A DNA stretch of 64,000 nt from a bacterium. GTDB taxonomy: Bacteria > Patescibacteriota > Minisyncoccia > UBA6257 > 2-01-FULL-56-20. Positions 46,386 to 55,913 of this stretch are shown piece by piece. How positions within the stretch are numbered: position 1 is the first letter of the stretch; every line of letters starts with the position of its first letter. A program made the translations under genes and the position numbers. Under the pieces are notes generated by a model. The model saw nothing but the letters and a program-made list of their open reading frames with translations, was not told the origin of the DNA and did no database searches. The stretch spans positions 67,278-131,277 of the forward strand of contig DAIDAM010000003.1 of assembly GCA_027310625.1 (NCBI GenBank). The letters run 5' to 3'.

Positions 46386-48944
46386 ATGTATCGCTTTTTA
46401 GAAATTTTTCCCGGAGCGCTTTCGTGGCTGACTCTTATCTTACTTGTTTCTCTTTCCCGCTACGCGCCGGCGTTCGTCGCCGTTTTCATCATACTTTTTG
46501 ACATCTACTGGCTTTTGAAAACGATTTATCTCTCGCTGCATCTCCGCTCAACTTTTTCGGTTATGAAAAAAAACCTGAAGGTGAACTGGCTCAATGAGCT
46601 GAAGGCACTGCCGCATAATCCCAATGGCCCGAATAGAATCCAAATGCCCCGAATTATAGAAAAGGATCTCTCTTATAAACTAAGCGGGGTTTTCTTCAAA
46701 GTTCATAACCAACTCGGCAGGTTCTGCAGAGAGCGTCAATATGGCGATGCCGTCGCAAAGGAACTTGAATCCCTCGGCGTAAATTTTCAGCGCGAAGTTG
46801 CCGTTGCGGTCGCCGGGCGAAAATCCAATTTCGTAGATTTTGTCGTTGAAAGCAAAATCGCAATAGAACTGAAGACGAAAGACATAATTGACAAAGAAGA
46901 TTATTTCCAACTTCAAAGATACCTTAAAGCGCTGGGATTGGAATTGGGCATAATAGTCAACTTTAGAAGAAAACACTTGAATCCCAAACGCGTTCTCAAT
47001 TCTGACTTCCTTTACAAGTATTCGGCTGATTCAGATACATTCGGCAATTCGGATTATGTGGTCAATAGATATTCGGACAATTCGGATTCATTCGGATATT
47101 CGGATTATGTGAAATCCTGGGAAGACATTTATCATTTGGTGATATTGCCGATGTACCGCGAGCCGTACGAGGTCGTGAAAGGAAGTTTTGAAAGCATATC
47201 TAAAGGAAACTATCCGCTGGAAAAGTTAATTGTCGTCCTGGCGACGGAAGAACGCGCCGGCGCCGAAGCGAGGAAAACGGCTGAGAAAATCAGGCGCGAG
47301 TTCGGCGGCAAATTTTTCAAGTTTTTGATTACCACGCACCCCGCGAATCTCCCCGGCGAAATTCCCGGCAAGGGTTCCAACGAAACCTGGGCGGCGAAAG
47401 AGGCGAAAAGATTAATCATTGACCCACTGGTCAATGCGCAGACCTACGCAGACAACACGCAGACCGACGCAGAAAACGATTTTCTGTATCCAGACCTGAC
47501 ATATGAAATCAGAGGTGCGATATTTTCCATTAAGAAAAAGCTCGGCCTCGGACACAAAGAAGTTGTTTATCAAAAAGCACTGGAAGAGGAATTTAATCGA
47601 CTAGGTTTGAATTTCGAAAAAGAAAAAACGGTGGATATTGCATATAATAACAAAAAAGTTGGTGTCTACCGCCCAGATTTTGTAATTGAGGATAAAATTA
47701 TTTTGGAACTGAAGGCATTACCATTTATGGGCAAATATGAAAAAAGGCAAGTTTGGCAGTATTTAAAAGGAACGGAATATAAACTAGCTATGTTGGTAAA
47801 CTTCGGCGGTAGCGATATTCGCATAGATAGAATAGTTTACGACACAGCTCGCGCAAGTCAGCGTAAGTCTGCGTTAAGTCAGCGAGAGTCAGCGCTGAAA
47901 TATGAAAATGTTTTAGTGTCGGTTTTCGACATTGACACACAGATATTTCCGGAGTATTTCGGGCGCCTCACATATGTCTTTTTGAAATCCGAAGACAAAT
48001 TGCAGGCGATTTACCAGCCGATACCGCTTTTCATAAATAACATCTACGACGCGCCGGCGCTCGCGCGCGTGATTTCCTTTTCAAGCACCTTCTGGCAGAT
48101 GATGCAGCAGTCGCGGCCGGAACGGCTGACGTCTTTTTCGTCGCAGTCAATCCCCTTGCGGGCGCTCATTGACATCGGCTACTGGCACAAAAACGTCGTC
48201 TCCGAGGACTCGCGGATTTTCTGGCAGTGCTATCTCCGCTATCACGGGAACTTCCGCGTCGAACCGCTTTTTTACCCGGTTTCGATGGACGCCAACGCCG
48301 CGCCGACATTTTGGAGAACGCTCAAAAATAATTACTTGCAGCACCGCCGCTGGGCCTGGGGCTGCGAAAACATTCCCTACTTGCTCTGCGGCAAACATAA
48401 TCCGAATCCACGAATGCATCCGAATAACACGAATAGGAGTCCAGATAATAAATTAGATTCGGAACATTCGGATAGATTCGGGGATTCGGATTATGCGGAG
48501 GGTTTCCTCCACAACAAAAAAATCCCTCTCCGCAAAAAGCTCTACTGGTCGTTCAATGTAATTGAAGGATTCCATTCCTGGGCGACGAACGCGCTGATAA
48601 TTTTCGCTCTCGGCTGGCTGCCCGTTCTTTTGGGCGGAGAAGGTTTCGGGATTTCCATTTTGTCGCGGAGCCTGCCTTCGATTACAAGATTCATCATTCA
48701 ACTCTCGATGGTCGGAGTCGCCACCGCCGCTTTCTTCAGCATTCTTCTTCTGCCGCCGCGAAAAGAACCTCTCGAATGGCATCAGTATATTTGGTATCTC
48801 CTCCAATGGCTTCTTCTGCCCGCGACACTCATAATTTTCGGGTCCATCCCCGCGCTCGAGGCGCAAACGCGGCTGATGGTCGGCGGAAAATGGCGGCTCG
48901 GATTCTGGCCGACGCCGAAAACGAGAACCAATAATAGAAGCTAG
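46386..48944 (+). CDS. membrane GT2 glycosyltransferase with two in-frame GxxExxY domain insertions
   Basis: ILPMYREP, GKGSN, FDID, SED, QHRRWAWG; inserts at ~46611-47111, ~47433-47895, ~48396-48495. Confidence 0.9.
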   Translation: MYRFLEIFPGALSWLTLILLVSLSRYAPAFVAVFIILFDIYWLLKTIYLSLHLRSTFSVMKKNLKVNWLNELKALPHNPNGPNRIQMPRIIEKDLSYKLSGVFFKVHNQLGRFCRERQYGDAVAKELESLGVNFQREVAVAVAGRKSNFVDFVVESKIAIELKTKDIIDKEDYFQLQRYLKALGLELGIIVNFRRKHLNPKRVLNSDFLYKYSADSDTFGNSDYVVNRYSDNSDSFGYSDYVKSWEDIYHLVILPMYREPYEVVKGSFESISKGNYPLEKLIVVLATEERAGAEARKTAEKIRREFGGKFFKFLITTHPANLPGEIPGKGSNETWAAKEAKRLIIDPLVNAQTYADNTQTDAENDFLYPDLTYEIRGAIFSIKKKLGLGHKEVVYQKALEEEFNRLGLNFEKEKTVDIAYNNKKVGVYRPDFVIEDKIILELKALPFMGKYEKRQVWQYLKGTEYKLAMLVNFGGSDIRIDRIVYDTARASQRKSALSQRESALKYENVLVSVFDIDTQIFPEYFGRLTYVFLKSEDKLQAIYQPIPLFINNIYDAPALARVISFSSTFWQMMQQSRPERLTSFSSQSIPLRALIDIGYWHKNVVSEDSRIFWQCYLRYHGNFRVEPLFYPVSMDANAAPTFWRTLKNNYLQHRRWAWGCENIPYLLCGKHNPNPRMHPNNTNRSPDNKLDSEHSDRFGDSDYAEGFLHNKKIPLRKKLYWSFNVIEGFHSWATNALIIFALGWLPVLLGGEGFGISILSRSLPSITRFIIQLSMVGVATAAFFSILLLPPRKEPLEWHQYIWYLLQWLLLPATLIIFGSIPALEAQTRLMVGGKWRLGFWPTPKTRTNNRS

Positions 48945-48959
48945 AATATAGAATTTAGA

Positions 48960-50172
48960 ATGAAAAAAATAAAAACGATTCTCGCGATTGAAACAAGTTG
49001 CGACGAAACGGGGATTGCTCTTGTTGAAGCGAAAGGTGGTTTTGCTTCGCCGAAATTCAGAGTCCTGAAAAACCTCGTGAGTTCACAGATAAAAATTCAC
49101 CGTCCTTTCGGCGGCGTCGTGCCGGGACTCGCCAAGCGCGAACACATCAAGAATCTTCCGAAACTTTTTCGGAAGATTCTTGTAAATTCTAAATCCGGAA
49201 TCCGGAATCCGAAACAAATTTCAAATTTCAAATTTCAAACATTGATTTAATTGCCGTCACCGTCGGTCCCGGGCTTGAACCGGCGCTGTGGACGGGAATA
49301 ACTTTTGCGCAAGAATTGCGCAAGCGACTAGCAACCAGAGACCAGAGACAAGAAAAGAAAATAAAAATTATCGGAGTGAACCATTTAGAAGGACATCTCT
49401 ACAGTTTTCTTTTGCGGCAGCAAAAGAAAACTGCAAATCAGAAATCAGAAATCAGAAACGTAAAAATTTGGGATTTCATGCTTCAAATTTGAGATTTCCA
49501 GCTATTGTTTTGCTGGTGAGCGGCGGACATACGGCTCTTCTCTTGATGAAAAATTTAAGAAAATGGAAAAAACTCGGGGAAACGCGGGATGACGCGGCGG
49601 GCGAAGCATTCGATAAAGTCGCAAGAATGCTCGGCCTCCCCTATCCCGGCGGTCCGGAAATCGAAAAACTGGCGAAAGAAGGTGACGCAGACGCGATAAA
49701 TTTTCCGCGCCCGATGCTCAACCAGAAAAATTACGATTTCAGTTTTTCGGGAATAAAAACGGCGGTATTTTACTATCTTAGAGACCGAATCTCTTACGAA
49801 AATACGAAAACATACGAAAGTACCAAAACGAAAAATAAATTTCGTAATTTCGCGCCGTTTCGTACTTTCGTAAGTAAGGCCGATATCGCCGCTTCGTTTC
49901 AAAAGGCGGTCGTTGAAACACTTGTCAAAAAAGTGGAACGGGCGGCGAAAGAATACGGGGCGTGCTCGCTCATTCTCTGCGGCGGAGTTGCGGCGAACAA
50001 GGTGTTGCGCGAAAATATGCGAAAAGCTGCTCACAAAATAAACGCGGAATTCATCGCGCCGCCGATGGAATACAACAACGATAACGCTGCGATGATTGCG
50101 GCCGCGGGATATTTCGCCTCGCTCCGGAGCAGAAAATTGCCGCTCAAGGCCGACGGCGATTTGAATATATAG
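48960..50172 (+). CDS. tsaD: t6A synthase TsaD split over three frames (two -1 changes; recoded, pseudogene or error)
   Basis: IETSCDET...GGVVP in frame A; [12 protein letters not shown]...NHLEGH from 49241 in frame B; LLVSGGHT...[10 protein letters not shown]...GGVAAN...DNAAMI in frame C. Confidence 0.9.
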
Positions 50173-50213
50173 TCATGTTAATCTTAAATTCTCAACAATC
50201 TCAAATTCTCAAC

Positions 50214-50251
50214 TTGTTAACATTTTACGCGATCGCGTAAAATGTTAACAA
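50214..50251. repeat. 38-bp perfect palindrome downstream of PaaX-like gene
   Basis: ttgttaacattttacgcga-tcgcgtaaaatgttaacaa. Confidence 0.9.
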
Positions 50252-50304
50252 AATAATAAAACAGCGGCGGTTGACGGACAGCGACGGTTAACGGTGAAAA
50301 AAAG

Positions 50305-50811
50305 TTAAATTATCTCGGCTTCTTTTGCCTCAAAAAATTTAATATATGGGAAAAGTTGAAGTTTTCTCAAAGATTCGACAAATTGTTCCGGCAATGGCGC
50401 CGGTCCAAGCCATAAACTCTTTTGAAGCATCTCGAATCCAAGACATAAAAGCTCGGCTCTCAACCAATCGCGTTTTTTCTTATGTATCTCTGGGACATCA
50501 AAAGAAATGACAATACTTTTGGGATTTCGCTTGGCAGTTTTTTCGCTGTGGGTCGGGAAAAGAGAAATTTTGTTTGCAAAGTATCCGCGCCCGGCTTTTG
50601 TAAGCCGCCATATACCCTTTTTATTTTCTACAAATCCCCTCTTTTTGAGACGTGAAAGTGTAACACGTATCGCAGAATCAGAAGCATCCTCAAAACCGCG
50701 ATAAATTCTACCATCAGAAAAAGGACTTGCACCGCTTAATTTTCTGCGCATCAAACGATAGCCGTCGTGATAACTGAATAAAATAGTCAAGATGTCATCC
50801 GTTAATCCCAT
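50305..50811 (-). CDS. PaaX-like regulator (wHTH plus Cas2-like domain)
   Basis: TLSRLKKRGFV...LTKAG; SFDVPE....RD.LR..L...GF..LQKSLW. Confidence 0.85.
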   Translation of the reverse strand: MGLTDDILTILFSYHDGYRLMRRKLSGASPFSDGRIYRGFEDASDSAIRVTLSRLKKRGFVENKKGIWRLTKAGRGYFANKISLFPTHSEKTAKRNPKSIVISFDVPEIHKKKRDWLRAELLCLGFEMLQKSLWLGPAPLPEQFVESLRKLQLFPYIKFFEAKEAEII

Positions 50812-50818
50812 TTCAAAA

Positions 50819-50854
50819 TATTAACATTTTCAGCGATCGCGTAAAATGTTAATA
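50819..50854. repeat. second copy of the palindrome upstream of PaaX-like gene
   Basis: tattaacattttcagcgatcgcgtaaaatgttaata. Confidence 0.85.
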
Positions 50855-50909
50855 AAAATTTTCATTGAAAAGATTGAACAGGTTGAGACAATCCCTTAAA
50901 ATAAAATCA

Positions 50910-53900
50910 ATGTCGGAGATTTTGGAACCGCGATACGACCACCAAAAGCACGAAAAGGAAATTTACGAACTCTGGGAAAAGAGCGGGTATTTTAATCCGG
51001 ATAATTTGCCTACGGCAAGTTCGGAGTTCGGAGTTCGAAGTTCGAAGAATAAAAAAATATCTCAAACGAAACCTCGAACCTCGAACCTCGAACCGTTTTC
51101 CATTATCATGCCTCCGCCGAACGCGAACGGCTCGCTACATCTCGGGCACGCCGTGTTCGTCGCGTTGCAGGACATACTCATAAGATTCTGGCGCATGCGC
51201 GGCAAAAAAGCGCTCTGGCTTCCGGGGGCGGACCACGCCGGCTTTGAAACGCAGGTTGTCTTCGACAAAAAACTTGAAAAGGAAGGGCGGAATAGATTCA
51301 CCATTCCGCGCGAGGAACTTTTCAAAGAAATCTGGGACTTCACCCAGCACAATAAAAAAATAATGGAAGAGCAGTTGCGTAAACTCGGAGCGTCGTGCGA
51401 CTGGAGCCGCGAAAAATTCACGCTTGACCCGGCAATCATTAGAATCGTCTATGAAACTTTTGAAAAACTTTACAAGGACGGACTTCTTTACCGCGATTTG
51501 CGCGTCGTCAACTGGTGTCCGAAACACAAAACCGCGCTCTCCGACCTGGAAGTGAAGCACGAAGAGCGTCTGGACCAGCTCTACTACATAAAGTATGGGC
51601 CACTAACATTAGCGACAGTGAGACCGGAAACGAAATTCGGCGACACGGCGCTTGCCGTGAACCCGAAGGACAAACGCTATTCAAAATACATCGGAAAAGA
51701 AATACGCGCCTTGGGCCTGCTCGGCAAACTCACATTCAAAGTCATCGCCGACGAAGCCGTTGACCCGAAATTCGGGACGGGGGTCATTAAGGTCACGCCC
51801 GCGCATGACCCCGCGGACTTTGAAATCTGGCAAAGGCACAAAAAAGAAATTCCCGGTCCGAAAATAATCATTGACGAAAACGGGCGGCTTACCGGCGAAA
51901 CAGGAAAATTCGCAGGGATGAAAGTCGCGGAAGCGAGAATAAAAGTCGCCGAAGCGATGAAAGAAATCGGCATTCTTGAAAAAGTTGAGAACGATTACAA
52001 ACACTCCGTTGCCGTCTGCTACAAGTGCGGCAACGTGCTCGAGCCGATTCCGAAGATGCAATGGTTCATCGCCATGACGGCGAAACCGCATCAATCAAGA
52101 GACCGGAGACCGGAGACTGGAGACCGGAAAAAATCGTTGCGCGATTTGGGAATCGAGGCAGTTGAAAAGAAAAAAATAAAATTTTATCCGGCGCATTCCA
52201 AAAAAGTCATTCTTCATTGGCTGAAAAATATCCGCGACTGGAACATTTCGCGGCAAATCGTCTGGGGCATAAGAATCCCCGTCTGGTACTGCCTCGCCTG
52301 CTCCGCCCGCCCCGAGAGCAATCGAGGGGAGCCGAAGATAAACATTAATCAGGAAGTGAAATCGCGCTGGTTTCTCGTAAGGCACGGGGAAACGGATTGG
52401 AACAAGGAAGGACGCATAATGGGACAATCCGACATTCCACTCAATAAAACTGGGATGGCGCAGGCGGAAGAAGCCGCGCGGGAATTAAAGCCGCACAAGG
52501 TAGATCTTATTATAAGTTCTGACTCGGCGCGCTGTCGCCAAACTGCGGAAATAATTAAAAAAGAGACGGGCGCGGAAATAATCCTCGAAAAAAAATTAAG
52601 AGAGCGCCACCACGGAGACATCGAGGGATTGCTACGAAAGGATGTTTTTGAACAATATCCCCGTATTTACGAATACAGCTACGAAGGCAAATATATGAAT
52701 GCCGAAAGCTATCGCGAATTGGAAGAGCGCGCATGGGAAGTTTTCTCGTCGCACCATTCAAGGCACGGCCATAAAAACGTCGTTTTGATTACGCACGGTG
52801 GGACGATTAGGATGCTTATAAAAAGAATAAAAAATCTTACTCCGGAAGCGGCTCTCTCAATACCTTCCAGAAAAAACGCGGAGATAATCCAGCTTGACGT
52901 TTTGGATAAATGCGAAAATTGCGGCGGACATTTTTACGAGCAGGACCCCGACGTTTTTGACACCTGGTTCTCGTCCGGGCAATGGCCGTTTGCGACGCTG
53001 ATGACGAGCGACAAAAAAATGGGTTTCCATGAAGAAGTTGTCCCGCAGGTTTTGGACGGCAAAACCAAGACATACCGCTTGCGCGACCACGGATTCAAGG
53101 TCGGCGACAAGGTTTTGTTTGAAAACTCCGCTACCAAAAAAATCTTCGGATATGGAATTATCACGGAAGCAAAAAAAACCACGATAGACAAAATAGATTA
53201 CACAGACAAAAGCCATTACAAAACCTATAAAAATCTGGACGAGTTGATGACGGCGTTCAAACACAAGAACCCAGAAAAAACTTTTACTTCCAAATCTCCT
53301 GCTTATCTTTACGCTTACGATTTTTACCCGGCGAAAAATTTGGAGACCGACTTCGAAACTTTTTATCCGACCGATGTGATGGAAACCGGATACGACATAC
53401 TTTTCTTCTGGGTGGCGAGGATGGTCATGCTCGGAATTTACACGACGGGAAAAATTCCTTTCAGAACTGTTTATCTCCACGGCTTGGTTCTCGACAAAGA
53501 CAAAAAGAAAATGTCCAAGTCCAAAGGCAACGTTATTGACCCGCTCGGCGTCGCCGAAATTTACGGAAGCGACGCGCTCCGCATGGCGCTGGTCGCCGGC
53601 AACACCGCCGGCAAGGATATCGTCATCTCCGAAGACAAAATCCGCGGCTACAGGAATTTTGCGACGAAAGTGTGGAACATCAGCCGATTCATTTTAATGA
53701 ATAAAATGAAAGACATCAGACATCAGACATCAGACATCAGGGTAAAATTAACGGCTTCAGACAAAAAAAATATTGCGGAAGCCGAAAAAATCAAAGATAA
53801 AGTCGGAAAACACATTGAAAAATTCGAGTTTCATCTCGCGGCGGAAACGGCATACCATTACATCTGGCATACCTTCGCCGACAAAATAATTGAAGAATAT

Positions 53901-54176
53901 AAGCCGCGACTAAAAGCCGAAACGGGTTCCGAGGAAGCTCTCGGAGGCGCGGCGAGCTCGGCATCCGGAGGATTCGCCGCGCCGAGAGCGCAGGCGGGCG
54001 CTCGCCGCAGGAGCGAGCGAACCGCCGATTCCGAGGGGCCCGTTGCGGCTTATCAAACACTGGAAGCAATTCTTCTGGAATGCTTGAAAATGCTCCATCC
54101 GTTTATGCCGTTCATAACGGAGGCGATATTTCAGAAGCTAAACAAAGGAGAAATGCTGATGATAGAAAGATGGTAA
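50910..54176 (+). CDS. valS: valyl-tRNA synthetase with inserted histidine-phosphatase and ASCH-like domains
   Basis: PPPNANGSLHLGH, DWNISRQI.WG, DTWFSS, KMSKSKGN; RHGETDWN...THGG insert. Confidence 0.95.
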   Translation: MSEILEPRYDHQKHEKEIYELWEKSGYFNPDNLPTASSEFGVRSSKNKKISQTKPRTSNLEPFSIIMPPPNANGSLHLGHAVFVALQDILIRFWRMRGKKALWLPGADHAGFETQVVFDKKLEKEGRNRFTIPREELFKEIWDFTQHNKKIMEEQLRKLGASCDWSREKFTLDPAIIRIVYETFEKLYKDGLLYRDLRVVNWCPKHKTALSDLEVKHEERLDQLYYIKYGPLTLATVRPETKFGDTALAVNPKDKRYSKYIGKEIRALGLLGKLTFKVIADEAVDPKFGTGVIKVTPAHDPADFEIWQRHKKEIPGPKIIIDENGRLTGETGKFAGMKVAEARIKVAEAMKEIGILEKVENDYKHSVAVCYKCGNVLEPIPKMQWFIAMTAKPHQSRDRRPETGDRKKSLRDLGIEAVEKKKIKFYPAHSKKVILHWLKNIRDWNISRQIVWGIRIPVWYCLACSARPESNRGEPKININQEVKSRWFLVRHGETDWNKEGRIMGQSDIPLNKTGMAQAEEAARELKPHKVDLIISSDSARCRQTAEIIKKETGAEIILEKKLRERHHGDIEGLLRKDVFEQYPRIYEYSYEGKYMNAESYRELEERAWEVFSSHHSRHGHKNVVLITHGGTIRMLIKRIKNLTPEAALSIPSRKNAEIIQLDVLDKCENCGGHFYEQDPDVFDTWFSSGQWPFATLMTSDKKMGFHEEVVPQVLDGKTKTYRLRDHGFKVGDKVLFENSATKKIFGYGIITEAKKTTIDKIDYTDKSHYKTYKNLDELMTAFKHKNPEKTFTSKSPAYLYAYDFYPAKNLETDFETFYPTDVMETGYDILFFWVARMVMLGIYTTGKIPFRTVYLHGLVLDKDKKKMSKSKGNVIDPLGVAEIYGSDALRMALVAGNTAGKDIVISEDKIRGYRNFATKVWNISRFILMNKMKDIRHQTSDIRVKLTASDKKNIAEAEKIKDKVGKHIEKFEFHLAAETAYHYIWHTFADKIIEEYKPRLKAETGSEEALGGAASSASGGFAAPRAQAGARRRSERTADSEGPVAAYQTLEAILLECLKMLHPFMPFITEAIFQKLNKGEMLMIERW

Positions 54177-54273
54177 GGGCTACGAAATTACGAATCAGTA
54201 CGAATATACGAATTCGTACATTCGCCTGCCTGCCGCAGGCAGGTAAAAATCTATAAATTAGTAACCTGACTTA

Positions 54274-54972
54274 ATGAATATTTTAATCATAATTCTCGGT
54301 CTCCTGCCCGGATTTGCCTGGCTCCTTTTTTATCTGCAGGAGGAAACTCACCCCGAGCCGAAGAGGATGATAGCGCTCGCCTTTTTCGTCGGCGCTATTG
54401 CGGCAATCGTGTCGCTCTTTTTGGAATTTTTCGTAAATTGTTTCCAATCGCAACCCGTTTCAATCTGCATTAAAAATCCGGCGGCAGAGGTGGAACTCAC
54501 GTTCTTCTCCATCGTCGCGTTTTCCCTCATAGAAGAAGTCACGAAATTTTTAGCCGTTTACTTCGCCGTCTCCAAAACAAAATATTTCAGCGAACCGGTG
54601 GACGCGATGTTCTACATGGCGGTCGCCGCCCTCGGATTCGCCACCCTTGAAAATCTCGGAGCGCTCTCCGGCTCGGGCAAGCCGGTCCTCTTGAACGGAC
54701 TTTTCGAAATCGCTATTTTCCGAATGGTCGGAACAACGCTCCTTCACACTCTCACGGCTTCAATAACGGGGTACTTTTGGGCGCTCGGGATAAGAGAGTT
54801 CAAAAGGACAAGGTTGATAATTTACGGGCTCTTGGTTGCGACCGTCTTGCACGCCATTTTCAATTATCTTATAATCGCAGGTGAAAACCTCGTGTACCCG
54901 ATAATTTTTGTAACGCTTGTCGGCTTTTTCGTCTTGAACGATTTTGAAAAGCTGAAGGGCAGGAAGGTTTAA
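54274..54972 (+). CDS. PrsW-family intramembrane metalloprotease
   Basis: EE..K, GFATLEN, H, HAIFN. Confidence 0.92.
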   Translation: MNILIIILGLLPGFAWLLFYLQEETHPEPKRMIALAFFVGAIAAIVSLFLEFFVNCFQSQPVSICIKNPAAEVELTFFSIVAFSLIEEVTKFLAVYFAVSKTKYFSEPVDAMFYMAVAALGFATLENLGALSGSGKPVLLNGLFEIAIFRMVGTTLLHTLTASITGYFWALGIREFKRTRLIIYGLLVATVLHAIFNYLIIAGENLVYPIIFVTLVGFFVLNDFEKLKGRKV

Positions 54973-54973
54973 T

Positions 54974-55426
54974 ATGGCCGAATCAGAAAACAAATTCTTT
55001 GAAAACCTCGTAAGCGGGAACGGGCACGGCAAAAAATCCCGCACAAGAGAAGAAATGGAAGAAAAATCGCAAATAATAAAATCAAACGGATTCGGCGACG
55101 CCGAAGGCAAGCTCACGATAGACGTTTACCAGACGCCGGCGGAGATAGTCGTGGAATCGGCGATAGCGGGGGTAAAACCCGAGGATTTGGATATAAACGT
55201 TTCCAACGATTCCATAACAATCAAAGGCGAAAGATATCGCGAAGAAAAAATAAGCGATGAAAATTATTTCTATCAGGAATGCTATTGGGGAAGATTTTCG
55301 CGCTCCGTCATTCTGCCCGAGGAAGTTGACCCTGACGGCGCGAAAGTCAGCTTCAAAAACGGAATTCTGACGGTCAAAATGCCGAAAGCGAGCAGAAGGA
55401 AAACAAAGAAACTAAAAGTCGAGTAA
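54974..55426 (+). CDS. Hsp20/alpha-crystallin small heat-shock protein
   Basis: IDVYQT, ECYWGRFSRS..LP, FKNGIL. Confidence 0.95.
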   Translation: MAESENKFFENLVSGNGHGKKSRTREEMEEKSQIIKSNGFGDAEGKLTIDVYQTPAEIVVESAIAGVKPEDLDINVSNDSITIKGERYREEKISDENYFYQECYWGRFSRSVILPEEVDPDGAKVSFKNGILTVKMPKASRRKTKKLKVE

Positions 55427-55506
55427 CAAAATAGTGACCAGAGAGCGGAGACCAGAATTCAGGACTTGGTTACTGGTTTCTGGTCTCTAAATTCTAACCA
55501 ACAGCC

Positions 55507-55794
55507 ATGCGACATTGCGCAATTTGCGGAAAAGGTTCAATAATCGGAGGTAGAAGGAAGCTCCTGCGCGGGCATTACAATCCCGTTTCGAAATCGAGAA
55601 AATACCCCAATCTTCAGTGGGCCCGCCTGCCATCGCCTGCGGCTCAGTCCTCTGGCGGGCAGGCGAGAATCCCCGCCAAAGGCGGGTCCCTGCCCGACGG
55701 CGGGCGCGGCGCCTCGGGTGGAAATGGCGTACGAAAACTTATCTGCGCTCAATGCTTAAAAACGTTGAACCGCAAAGCCAAGACGAAAAAATGA
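55507..55794 (+). CDS. rpmB: 50S ribosomal protein L28 with GC-hairpin inserts
   Basis: CAICGK...PNLQ...ICAQCLK. Confidence 0.88.
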   Translation: MRHCAICGKGSIIGGRRKLLRGHYNPVSKSRKYPNLQWARLPSPAAQSSGGQARIPAKGGSLPDGGRGASGGNGVRKLICAQCLKTLNRKAKTKK

Positions 55795-55842
55795 CTTTGC
55801 GGACGGCGGGCCATAGTATATCCCGCAACTTTTGTATCCAAT

Positions 55843-55913
55843 CGGGCTGTAGTATAACGGCAGTACGCATGCATGGGGTGCATGTAGCCCGGGTTCGATT
55901 CCCGGCAGCCCGA
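55843..55913 (+). tRNA. tRNA-Pro(GGG)
   Basis: CGGGCTG/CAGCCCG-A; CATGC-AT-GGG-GT-GCATG; GTTCGATTC. Confidence 0.93.

Noticed and set aside
46611-47895. Inteins or group I/II introns as the explanation for the GT2 inserts
   Set aside because: No Cys/Ser start with His-Asn end and no recognisable ribozyme core; the inserts are almost entirely GxxExxY coding sequence plus repeat arms.
49288-49495. N-terminus of ORF 49288..50172 as a separate gene start
   Set aside because: It is an out-of-frame reading of the tsaD middle segment; the conserved residues are in another frame.
50214-50854. CRISPR-Cas locus suggested by the Cas2-like domain and ~37-bp repeats
   Set aside because: Only two palindromes about 570 bp apart, no spacer array and no cas1; the protein is PaaX-like.
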